A stretch of DNA of 64,000 nt from Pontiella sp. (GTDB lineage Bacteria; Verrucomicrobiota; Kiritimatiellia; Kiritimatiellales; Pontiellaceae), in assembly GCA_050290185.1 (NCBI GenBank), contig JBNKHE010000001.1, forward strand, positions 578,713 through 642,712. The letters run 5' to 3'. A program made the position numbers and the translations under genes. Below are positions 28,165 to 36,601 of the stretch, one piece after another (positions within the stretch are counted from its first letter, which is position 1; each line of letters opens with the position of its first letter). The notes beneath the pieces were generated by a model. It did not search any database. It saw only the letters and a program-made list of their open reading frames with translations, and was not told the DNA's origin.

Positions 28165-28879
28165 TTTCGCTATACGTTCCAGCATGCCTGAGCTGATGGA
28201 CGACCCGGCCTGCTCCAAGGAGTTGCTGTTACGCACCGTTCGGCAGTTTGCATCGATCAACCGGCTGGTTGCGCGCTACCGGTCCATTCTCAAGCGCTGG
28301 GTGCTGGCCGACATGCTTAAAGCTCCGAACCGGCCCTACCATCTGGTGGACATGGGGGCTGGGGGATGCGATATCGATGTCTGGTTGCTTGGTGCCGCCC
28401 AACGGCTCGGCCTCAACCTGCGCATTACCGCCTGCGATCTGGATCAGCGCATCATCGATTATGCCCGCTCGACATATGGACAGACCTATGGGCTGAGTAT
28501 CCGACAGATGGATCTACTGGCCAGCCGCCCCGGAGATCGGGTCGACTACGTCTTTGCCAACCACTTCCTGCACCATCTGCCCAATGAGGATATCATCCGT
28601 CTGCTTCAATTCTGGAAACCCCACGTGACACGTCGCATGGTGTTCAGCGATCTGGAGCGCAATCCCCTGGCCTATCTCGGATTTTCCGCTCTTTCGCTCT
28701 TCTACCGTAAAAGCTTTGCGCGCTCCGACGGCCTCGTCTCCATCCGGCGCGGCTTCCGCTCCGGAGAGCTCGAATCGTTATCCCGCGAAGCTTTGCCGGA
28801 CACTGCGAGCGCGGTACATCGCCTCCCGCTGGGCCGGCTGGCATTCTGCGTTGAGGGAAATATGGCGGAAGACACCTGA
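28154..28879 (+). CDS. Class I SAM-dependent methyltransferase
   Basis: ELMDDP, VDMGAGGCD, NHFLHHL, DGLVSIRRGF; AAGGAG RBS. Confidence 0.88.
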   Translation: MLPDFAIRSSMPELMDDPACSKELLLRTVRQFASINRLVARYRSILKRWVLADMLKAPNRPYHLVDMGAGGCDIDVWLLGAAQRLGLNLRITACDLDQRIIDYARSTYGQTYGLSIRQMDLLASRPGDRVDYVFANHFLHHLPNEDIIRLLQFWKPHVTRRMVFSDLERNPLAYLGFSALSLFYRKSFARSDGLVSIRRGFRSGELESLSREALPDTASAVHRLPLGRLAFCVEGNMAEDT

Positions 28880-28931
28880 AACAAAGGAATTCCATAAACA
28901 GGAGAATCCCCCATTTATTAATAAAAAACAC

Positions 28932-28960
28932 TAGACTTGCCGGAGGGGTTCACCTATAAA
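28932..28960 (+). promoter_or_regulatory. Putative sigma70 promoter of rpmI-rplT
   Basis: TAGACT-17 nt-TATAAA with AT-rich upstream element. Confidence 0.55.
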
Positions 28961-29026
28961 TCCTCCTCTTTTGCACGGTCTCCCGACCCTGCATTTGAAT
29001 AAATTTATTAAACGGACGGTACTATT

Positions 29027-29215
29027 ATGCCTAAAATTAAGACAAAAAAGTGTGCAGCCAAACGGTTTAGCAAAACCGGCACCGGCAAACTGAAGCGCAA
29101 CCACATGGGTGGTAGCCACATCTTGTCGAACAAGAATCGTAAACAAAAACGGAAACTGCGCAGTCAGGATATCGTCGATCAGGCCGATATGAAGCGCATC
29201 ACCCCGTTCATCTAA
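29027..29215 (+). CDS. rpmI: 50S ribosomal protein L35
   Basis: [20 protein letters not shown]. Confidence 0.97.
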   Translation: MPKIKTKKCAAKRFSKTGTGKLKRNHMGGSHILSNKNRKQKRKLRSQDIVDQADMKRITPFI

Positions 29216-29233
29216 TTGCTGGAGAACTGAATC

Positions 29234-29590
29234 ATGCCAAGAGCAACCAATGGACCGGCCTCGCGCCGCAGAAGAAACAACCGCCTGAAGCTCGCCAAGG
29301 GTTTCCGCGGAGCACGCAGCAAACTTTTCCGTCAAGCCACGGAAGCCGTCGACCGCGCACAGGCCATGGCCTATGTGCATCGCAAGCACAAGAAGCGCAA
29401 CTTCCGTCGTCTTTGGACGGTTCGCATCAATGCGGCATGCCGCATGGGCGGGATCAACTACAGCCGCTTCATCGACGGGCTGAACAAGTGCGAAATCAAA
29501 CTCAACCGCAAGATGCTCTCCGAGATCGCCATTCACGATCCGCAGGGATTCGCCAAAGTGGTTGAAACCGCAAAAGCCAAAGTCTGCTAG
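29234..29590 (+). CDS. rplT: 50S ribosomal protein L20
   Basis: AKGFRGARSK, KKRNFRRLW..RINAA, LNRKMLSEIA. Confidence 0.98.
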   Translation: MPRATNGPASRRRRNNRLKLAKGFRGARSKLFRQATEAVDRAQAMAYVHRKHKKRNFRRLWTVRINAACRMGGINYSRFIDGLNKCEIKLNRKMLSEIAIHDPQGFAKVVETAKAKVC

Positions 29591-29611
29591 ATCCAGCTGA
29601 CTTCGTTTTGC

Positions 29612-29640
29612 AAAGACCGTCCGAGTGGCGGTCTTTTTTT
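29612..29640 (+). terminator. Intrinsic terminator after rplT
   Basis: AAAGACCG-n9-CGGTCTTT followed by a T tract. Confidence 0.8.
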
Positions 29641-29709
29641 GTGCCCGCATTCTTTCCTTCCCTAATCCCATTCACTATCGTGGTGCATCACTTGAAGCAT
29701 GGAGAATTA

Positions 29710-30723
29710 ATGATGATTAAGGATGTGATCGCGAAACTCGTTGCCCGCGAAACCCTGTCGCGCGGGGAAGCTGCCGCTGCCATGGCCGATATTATGGCGG
29801 GAGAAGCCAGCGATGCCCAGATCGGCGCATTCATCATGGGACTGCGCCAGACAGGCGAAACACCGGAGGTCATCGCGGGCTGCGCGGAAACGATGCGGGC
29901 CAATATGACGAAGGTGAAGTGTGAGGATCCCAACGCGGTCGATATCGTCGGAACGGGAGGCGACGGCGCGCACACCTTCAATATTTCCACCACGGCGGCT
30001 TTCGTGATTGCCGGCGCCGGCGTGACTGTCGCCAAACACGGTTCCTATGGCGTATCGAGCAAATGCGGCGCGGCCAATGTGCTTTCCGAGCTGGGCGTGA
30101 ATATTCAATATACGCCGCAACAGATGGAAAAATGCCTGGCTGAAACCGGCATCGCCTTCCTGTTTGCACCCGGCCTGCATCCGGCCATGAAGCATGTCGT
30201 CGGTCCGCGCCGCGAACTGGGCATCTGGAGCATCTTCAACATTCTCGGCCCGCTGTGCAATCCGGCCGGCGTAAAGAATGGCATCATGGGCGTTTTCAAA
30301 CCCGAACTCGTACCGATCGTTTCCGACGCCTGCGCCCAGCTGGGCATGCACCACCAGTTTATCGTACACGGCAACGACGGTCTCGACGAATTGACCACGA
30401 CCACCACCACGATGGTCACCGAGATCCGGCGAGGAAAAGTGGAGAGTTACGAGGTCCAGCCTTCGGGCCTAGGCCTCCAAACCGCCAAACCTGCGGATCT
30501 CACCGGCGGGGAGCCGGCCGAAAATGCCAAAACCACGCTTGCCCTGCTGAAGGGCGAAAAGGGACCAAAACGGGATATCGTCCTGCTTAACGCCGCCTTT
30601 GCCATCATGGCCAGCGGCAAGGTCGACAATCCCCAGGCAGGCATCGCCATGGCCATCGAATCGATCGAATCCGGCGCGGCACTGGCCAAACTCGAAGCCC
30701 TCACAAAGATGTCGCAGGAGTAA
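29710..30723 (+). CDS. trpD: Anthranilate phosphoribosyltransferase
   Basis: DIVGTGGDG..TFNIST, VAKHG, FNILGPL.NPA, DGLDE. Confidence 0.97.
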   Translation: MMIKDVIAKLVARETLSRGEAAAAMADIMAGEASDAQIGAFIMGLRQTGETPEVIAGCAETMRANMTKVKCEDPNAVDIVGTGGDGAHTFNISTTAAFVIAGAGVTVAKHGSYGVSSKCGAANVLSELGVNIQYTPQQMEKCLAETGIAFLFAPGLHPAMKHVVGPRRELGIWSIFNILGPLCNPAGVKNGIMGVFKPELVPIVSDACAQLGMHHQFIVHGNDGLDELTTTTTTMVTEIRRGKVESYEVQPSGLGLQTAKPADLTGGEPAENAKTTLALLKGEKGPKRDIVLLNAAFAIMASGKVDNPQAGIAMAIESIESGAALAKLEALTKMSQE

Positions 30724-30725
30724 GC

Positions 30726-30799
30726 AAACCTCGGAATACACAAACCCAAGATGCGAATTACCCGCAGTCTTTTCGTGTGGTTCGTGTATTTCGTGGTTT
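30726..30799. repeat. Imperfect 21-bp inverted repeat between convergent trpD and obgE
   Basis: AAACCTCGGAATACACAAACC versus reverse complement of right arm AAACCACGAAATACACGAACC (18/21); right arm built of short CACGAA units. Confidence 0.6.
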
Positions 30800-30806
30800 G
30801 TAGAAA

Positions 30807-31832
30807 CTACTCCTCGAACTGATCCGGCCGGGTCGTTTCGAAAAAGTGCTTGTAGAGGAATTCCTTGACGGGTTCGAGTCCTTCGCCCAGCTCGGCGGAA
30901 ATGGGATAGACGACTTCCTGCGTGCGCTCCTTGAACTCCTGCAGGAATTTGTCGGCGCCGGGCGTATCCATCTTATTCGCCACCACGAGATAGGGTGTGC
31001 ATGACAGTGTTTCCATATGCAGCCGAAGCTCTTCTTTCAGATGCAGGAAATCATCGGTGGGATTCCGGTCGTCAGTACCGGCCATATCCAGAACGAAAAG
31101 GATGAATTTGGAGCGCTCGATATGGCGCAGAAACTGGTGACCAAGTCCCACCCCTTCATGGGCTCCGTCAATGAGGCCCGGAATATCGGCGATACGCAGC
31201 CGGCTGAAGTTGGGATATTCCATCGTACCAATGATGGGATTGATGGTCGTAAAAGGATAAGGCGCAATTTTAGGATGCGCATGGGTCAGATGGCTAAGCA
31301 GAGTCGATTTACCGGCATTGGGATAGCCAACCAGCCCGACATCGGCCATTAGCTTGAGTTCGAGCCACAGGACTCTTTCCTCGCCTTGCGTCCCTTCGGT
31401 AAACTGTCGCGGTGCCTGGTTGGTGGAAGTCTTGAAATGGATGTTTCCAATTCCGCCGCGGCCGCCTTTGGCCACCACCAGCTCCTCACCGGGCTGGAGC
31501 AGCTCGCCCAGAAACTCATCGGTTTCCGCATCGGATATCACCGTGCCGGGAGCAACCTTGACGATGCAATCGTCGCTATTGCGTCCATGGCAGTTTGACC
31601 CCATGCCGTGCTGCGCATGTTTGGCGCGCTGGTGCGGCTGATAGTACAGCGGCAACAACGAATCTTCGTTATCATCGCAGCGAAGGATAACCGAACCGCC
31701 GTGGCCGCCGTCTCCACCATCGGGACCGCCCTTGGGAATGTACTTTTCGCGGCGAAACGAGACGCAGCCGTTGCCGCCGTTGCCAGCACGGACATATAGT
31801 TTGACGCGATCCTTGAATACGACGTGTTTCAT
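30807..31832 (-). CDS. obgE: GTPase ObgE/CgtA
   Basis: Gly-rich Obg domain, GYPNAGKST, YPFTT, DIPG, NKMD. Confidence 0.98.
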   Translation of the reverse strand: MKHVVFKDRVKLYVRAGNGGNGCVSFRREKYIPKGGPDGGDGGHGGSVILRCDDNEDSLLPLYYQPHQRAKHAQHGMGSNCHGRNSDDCIVKVAPGTVISDAETDEFLGELLQPGEELVVAKGGRGGIGNIHFKTSTNQAPRQFTEGTQGEERVLWLELKLMADVGLVGYPNAGKSTLLSHLTHAHPKIAPYPFTTINPIIGTMEYPNFSRLRIADIPGLIDGAHEGVGLGHQFLRHIERSKFILFVLDMAGTDDRNPTDDFLHLKEELRLHMETLSCTPYLVVANKMDTPGADKFLQEFKERTQEVVYPISAELGEGLEPVKEFLYKHFFETTRPDQFEE

Positions 31833-31888
31833 GGGAGGCAGTGTTAGGGTTTACGAGTTAAGTTTCAAGCATGCCGAATCGGCAAAAG

Positions 31889-31921
31889 AAAAGGCGCTCC
31901 GCTTTAGCGTGAGCGCCTTTT
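31889..31921 (-). terminator. Intrinsic terminator after rplU-rpmA
   Basis: AAAAGGCGCTC-n11-GAGCGCCTTTT with T-rich tail on minus. Confidence 0.75.
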
Positions 31922-31942
31922 GCATTCCTGACTGAGCCTGGA

Positions 31943-32197
31943 CTAGGCAGCAACCTCATCGCGAATGTGCACTTTGCGCTGGCGCTTGTCGAATTCGACG
32001 ACGCCATCCTTGAGTGCAAACAGGGTGTAGTCGCGACCGCAACCTACGTTGATTCCGGGATGGAAACGGGTTCCAACCTGACGCACCAGAATGGTGCCTG
32101 CCGTTACTTTCTGGCCACCGAAGCGCTTTACGCCGCGACGCTGTGCATTCGAGTCGCGACCGTTGCTGGATGAACCTTGTCCTTTTTTATGAGCCAT
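31943..32197 (-). CDS. rpmA: 50S ribosomal protein L27
   Basis: [16 protein letters not shown]. Confidence 0.99.
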   Translation of the reverse strand: MAHKKGQGSSSNGRDSNAQRRGVKRFGGQKVTAGTILVRQVGTRFHPGINVGCGRDYTLFALKDGVVEFDKRQRKVHIRDEVAA

Positions 32198-32215
32198 GAC
32201 GAACCTCCCGCAAAA

Positions 32216-32530
32216 CTATGCGCTGATTTCTTCCACTTTAATCTTGGTCAGATCCTGACGATGACCAATTTTACGACGATATCCTTTGCGGCGTTTCTTC
32301 TTGAACGAATAGATCTTTTTACCGCGAAAGTCTTCAACAACTGAAACTTTGACCTTGGCACCGTCAACAAGCGGGGTGCCGATCGAAAGCTCACTCCCGT
32401 TGGAAACGGCCAGCGCGTCGAATTCAACACTCGAACCTGCGTCAACCTTGAGCAGCTCTACATCGAGAACGTCGCCCTGTTGAACGCGATACTGTTTTCC
32501 ACCGGTTTCTATTACAGCATATGCTTCCAT
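32216..32530 (-). CDS. rplU: 50S ribosomal protein L21
   Basis: YAVIETGGKQYRV, KKRRKGYRRKIGHRQ. Confidence 0.99.
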   Translation of the reverse strand: MEAYAVIETGGKQYRVQQGDVLDVELLKVDAGSSVEFDALAVSNGSELSIGTPLVDGAKVKVSVVEDFRGKKIYSFKKKRRKGYRRKIGHRQDLTKIKVEEISA

Positions 32531-32582
32531 AAACTACCTCAATGCCCGAAAAGGGCTTTCTTTCCAAAAAATCAAGGGGCGG

Positions 32583-32611
32583 AAACTACGGAATCGGCTC
32601 CGTGCTGTCAA
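32583..32611 (-). promoter_or_regulatory. Sigma70 promoter of rplU-rpmA
   Basis: TTGACA-17 nt-TAGTTT. Confidence 0.7.
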
Positions 32612-32786
32612 CCCCAAACCAAAGCAAAAAAGAACGCTTTTGCATCCCTTATCCAAAGGGAGAGGGACTTTGCCCCGCCTTGACCGGAAATGCAAATGCC
32701 ATATTCCGGATTTATACACAAATAGTTGCATAAAAACGACCTGCCCGTACCGTCCTGCCGGGAGACAAAAAACTAAACAATGCGAG

Positions 32787-32815
32787 TTGACTCGCCCCAG
32801 CCCAGCACGTATAAA
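32787..32815 (+). promoter_or_regulatory. Sigma70 promoter of tRNA-Ala
   Basis: TTGACT-17 nt-TATAAA, 14 nt before the tRNA. Confidence 0.75.
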
Positions 32816-32828
32816 GCACGTCCTTTTA

Positions 32829-32905
<77 letters not shown>

Positions 32906-32911
32906 ATTCTT

Positions 32912-32940
32912 AAAGGCCGGTCTTGCGACCGGCCTTTTTT
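32912..32940. terminator. Terminator between tRNA-Ala and the convergent GH27 gene (likely bidirectional)
   Basis: AAAGGCCGGTC-TTGC-GACCGGCCTTTTTT. Confidence 0.85.
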
Positions 32941-32964
32941 ATTTAGACGCCTACCAGAACATCC

Positions 32965-34305
32965 TTATTTCCCGGAAAGTCGGTAGAGCCCGGCACCATG
33001 AGCGGGCAATTCCGGCTCGAATGTTCCGTTTACCTTCAGGAATAAATTCTCGTGCTTCCACAGGTCGCGCACCTGAACCTTTCCCTTGAAGCCGACCGGC
33101 TCCATTTCCACCGGCACTTTGGCCTCTTCGTCAGTCGTATTGAACACCGCAAAATACTTATCCTTCGAATCGGGCACATCGGCCACCCAGGCAATGAATC
33201 CGTTGTCCGTGCGGAAGAGCTGGCGATTGTTTTCACTGTGCTGGTTTACAGCGAGCACTTCATCGTTGGTGAGCAGCTCCAACGTCAACTTGTCGGTCTT
33301 CGTCATGTCGCCGCCATGCATCAGCGGCGAACGGGCGATGCACCAGAGCGACATCAAGGTATACTGCTCGTCCTCGGTAAAGTTGGTTGGCCGGCCAAAC
33401 TTGACTTTGCCCAGCGGCAGCATGTCGGCATCCGGCCATGCCCCCTCGATGCGGTACGGTTCCCAATCGTGCAGTCGCTTGAACTGGGACAGCAAGGCCG
33501 GCCAGCTATCCCAGAAATCGTCGCTGATGCGCCATAGATTGGCATGCTGGTTCACATGCTCGCCCTTGGCCAACGGCGTTTCCCCCGGGGAAAGACTGAG
33601 AACCATTGGACGGCCGCTTTTATCGATCGCTTTGCGAATGGCTTCGATCTCGGCCTGTTGAACGGCATCATATGGACGGCTGATATCATCGACCTTCACA
33701 TAGTCCACGCCCCATGAAGCAAAAAGCTCATAGAATGAGTCATAGTATGACTGTGCGCCGGGCTTGGACATGTCCACCCCATACATATCCGGATTCCACG
33801 GACACGTACTGGAGGTGTTGGCAATATCGGCAGCTGTATATTCGGTGCCCTTGATCGGCGTCTTCTGTTTCACGGCCTGACGGGGAATGCCGCGCATCAT
33901 ATGAATGCCGAACTTGAGTCCCTTGGAATGGACATAGTCGGCCAACGGCTTGAAGCCGTTCCCATCTTTCGAAGAAGGAAATTTATTTGGAGCCGGCAGC
34001 AGGCGGCTGTATTCATCCATCGCCAGCTTGGCGCCCGCCTTGTAGTCGTGCCCCTCGGAACCAGGCTCGTACCACTGTATATCGACCACGATATATTCCC
34101 ACCCATGGGCCTTGAGCTTCTTCGCCATGAAGTCGGCCTGCTCCTTCGTCTGCTTTTCCGTGACCGTGGTGCCGAAGCAATCCCAGCTGTTCCAACCCAT
34201 CGGCGGCGTCTTCGCCCAATCGTGATAATCGCCGGCTTTGGCGTTTGCTACAACGCCCATTCCCAACACACTTGCGATCATCATGATGTACCTTGCCCGT
34301 TTCAT
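32965..34305 (-). CDS. Secreted GH27 glycosidase, probably beta-L-arabinopyranosidase
   Basis: TPPMGWNSW, VVDIQWY, DYVKVDD, WRISDDFWD, WPDADML. Confidence 0.9.
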   Translation of the reverse strand: MKRARYIMMIASVLGMGVVANAKAGDYHDWAKTPPMGWNSWDCFGTTVTEKQTKEQADFMAKKLKAHGWEYIVVDIQWYEPGSEGHDYKAGAKLAMDEYSRLLPAPNKFPSSKDGNGFKPLADYVHSKGLKFGIHMMRGIPRQAVKQKTPIKGTEYTAADIANTSSTCPWNPDMYGVDMSKPGAQSYYDSFYELFASWGVDYVKVDDISRPYDAVQQAEIEAIRKAIDKSGRPMVLSLSPGETPLAKGEHVNQHANLWRISDDFWDSWPALLSQFKRLHDWEPYRIEGAWPDADMLPLGKVKFGRPTNFTEDEQYTLMSLWCIARSPLMHGGDMTKTDKLTLELLTNDEVLAVNQHSENNRQLFRTDNGFIAWVADVPDSKDKYFAVFNTTDEEAKVPVEMEPVGFKGKVQVRDLWKHENLFLKVNGTFEPELPAHGAGLYRLSGK

Positions 34306-34412
34306 ATCCTAATCTCCTTTTCTTTGTCCCTGTCTAAAAACCTATCCCATTGAACATTGTTTGGGAAGCAGTCGGCAACAACGCTTTTTCTCATATCGTG
34401 ACCGCATGGCCT

Positions 34413-34423
34413 CCCCCCCCCCC
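34413..34423. repeat. C11 homopolymer (G11 on the coding strand) upstream of GH27
   Basis: Direct count; longest homopolymer noticed in the window. Confidence 0.8.
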
Positions 34424-34580
34424 TCCAAATGCCCCCTAAGGATAGACTGGACATGCGCCGTTCCGCTCAAGGTGCGGAAAGCGCAATCCACAGGGTCGCT
34501 CCGGAGTGGCTTACCAAGCTCATCGGATCCGGTGAATAAGATGCCCCTGCTCCCATCACGGGATCCCGGATAACGACGCC

Positions 34581-36506
34581 CTAGAGTTCCTTTACCTTGA
34601 GCACGACCACGGAAAAGGCGGGCATCTGATAGCTAAAGGTCGGCTTGATGCCGGAGACTTTGCCTGCTTCAGGCGAAATTTTCTTGGGCTCTTCAAGGGA
34701 ATTGTAGTCATCCGGATCACCGGTAAGCACCTCCACAAGCGCATTCGGCGCCACTTTTCCCACTCCATCGAGGGTAATCCGCACGGTTTCGCTGCTTCGT
34801 TCGGGATTGACCAGCTTGATGTAGACGATCCCCTGCTCGCTATCCCGGGTCACGGAACAGTGCAGGTCGGAACCATCGTTCATCGTCGTCGCAAGAATTT
34901 CGTCACCAAAGTTGGTACTGAACATCTTGAAGGCATAATAACTCGGTGAACCGTAGGACTGGATGACGTTGTAGCCGATCAGGTCGGGACGCCACTGATA
35001 TTCGTTCTCGTTGACGAACAGCGGAGCATAGGCCTGCAGGGTGACGATGTCGGAATTGCGCTCCATCGCCACCATGAAGACCGCGTCGCCGATGGCGGAA
35101 AGCATGCCCGGTGTCGCGGGATAGGTCTCTCTGGATCTCGCGTCCCACGGCCGAAGATTGCTATCCTCATGGGCCGCCCACTCACCGACAAAGATTTCCG
35201 GGCCGCTGCGGTCATAGTCGTCGAAGTAGCCATTCTTGACCATCTCGATGAATTCATCGGTAGAACGGTAGTAGTGCTCGTCGAGCACGTCCGGCTGTCG
35301 GCTCTTGACCAACCAGCGCGATTGCTCGTTGCCAACGCTGGAGATGCATTTGAGCTGCGGATATTTCTTCTTGATGGCGTCATGGAACTGCGCATACCGC
35401 CGATCGTAGCTGCCCGAGGTGTCGAACCAATCCTCGTTGCCGATCTCCACGTAATGCAGCGGAAAGGGCTCTGGATGGCCGGCTTCGGCGCGCTTGGCGC
35501 CCCATTTCGAATCGACGGGGCCGATGATGTATTCGATCTCGTCCAATGCCTCCTTTACATACGGCTCCAGCTCCGGCCCGGCATCAATATAGCTCTTGTT
35601 CAGGTTGTAGCCGGCATAGAGTCCAACCACCGGCTCGGCTCCCATGTCCTCGGCCCACAGCAGGAATTCATGCAGCCCCATTCCGTCGCATGAACGGTAG
35701 CCCCATGGGCAGGGATGGCCGGGACGTTCAGTTAGGCCACCCAGCGTTTCCCACCACTTGAAACGCTCTTCGACCGTATTGCCTTCGAGATAGTTGCCGC
35801 CGGGAAAACGCAGGAACTTGGGTTTCAGATCGACGAGCAACTGCATCAGATCCTTGCGCAGTCCATTCGGGCGATCATTCCACGTCGGCGGAAACAGTGA
35901 AACCAGGCTCAGCCAGATCGTGCGTTTTTCGCCTGCCAGCAGCACCAGCTGGGCATCCGCCGTTTCCTTTGCATTGTCCGTTTCAAGAATCACTTCATAC
36001 TTCTTCCAGTCCGGTCCGATAGATTCCACCTCGTCTTTGGCATAGATCTTCCGCCCGTCCTTGTCCATGATGGCGATGCCGACCGGGCCGGATCCGCCGG
36101 TGGATTTTGCATAGAACGAAAGACGGTATTTCGTATTCGGCTTCACAGGAATCCCCCACCAGCCTTCGTTGGCCAGTTTCGAGGCGCGCTTGGAGCGGAT
36201 ATCCCATTTCAAGGAAACATCGATCTTTTCATTAAGCGGATTGGCCCGGTCCAACTCGATCGTGCTGTTATCATCCAGCAACGACCAATGGACCGGCTTG
36301 TTCGCATCATCCTTAAAGGCGCGGTTTCGTACCAGCTCGGCATAGAGACCGCCGTCGTAGCAATAGTTGATCTCCTCCGTCATCAGCCCGTAATGGATCG
36401 GACTGGCCTTCGCCTTGGCTTCTTTCGTATCAATCGTCAACGTCGTGGATGCGAAGGCCACCGAGGCCAATGAAATCATGATTCCTCCCCAAAAAGCACT
36501 TTTCAT
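34581..36506 (-). CDS. Secreted GH51 alpha-L-arabinofuranosidase
   Basis: EEINY..DGGLYAEL, LRFPGGN, EIGNED, DEHYY, VGEWA, YAPLF. Confidence 0.93.
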   Translation of the reverse strand: MKSAFWGGIMISLASVAFASTTLTIDTKEAKAKASPIHYGLMTEEINYCYDGGLYAELVRNRAFKDDANKPVHWSLLDDNSTIELDRANPLNEKIDVSLKWDIRSKRASKLANEGWWGIPVKPNTKYRLSFYAKSTGGSGPVGIAIMDKDGRKIYAKDEVESIGPDWKKYEVILETDNAKETADAQLVLLAGEKRTIWLSLVSLFPPTWNDRPNGLRKDLMQLLVDLKPKFLRFPGGNYLEGNTVEERFKWWETLGGLTERPGHPCPWGYRSCDGMGLHEFLLWAEDMGAEPVVGLYAGYNLNKSYIDAGPELEPYVKEALDEIEYIIGPVDSKWGAKRAEAGHPEPFPLHYVEIGNEDWFDTSGSYDRRYAQFHDAIKKKYPQLKCISSVGNEQSRWLVKSRQPDVLDEHYYRSTDEFIEMVKNGYFDDYDRSGPEIFVGEWAAHEDSNLRPWDARSRETYPATPGMLSAIGDAVFMVAMERNSDIVTLQAYAPLFVNENEYQWRPDLIGYNVIQSYGSPSYYAFKMFSTNFGDEILATTMNDGSDLHCSVTRDSEQGIVYIKLVNPERSSETVRITLDGVGKVAPNALVEVLTGDPDDYNSLEEPKKISPEAGKVSGIKPTFSYQMPAFSVVVLKVKEL

Positions 36507-36534
36507 CTTCTACTCCCCTCTCATTCAACACACA

Positions 36535-36572
36535 AAGAAAACGGCTGGAACATTCATGACCGTCCCAGCCGT
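36535..36572 (-). terminator. Hairpin/terminator after GH31
   Basis: ACGGCTGG..CCAGCCGT followed by TTTCTTT on minus. Confidence 0.55.
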
Positions 36573-36601
36573 GCTACAAGAAACAAGCGATTTATGCAAT
36601 G

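Noticed and set aside
28880..29026. Absence of infC upstream of rpmI
   Set aside because: Gene order varies among bacteria and rpmI has its own promoter candidate; no sign of disruption
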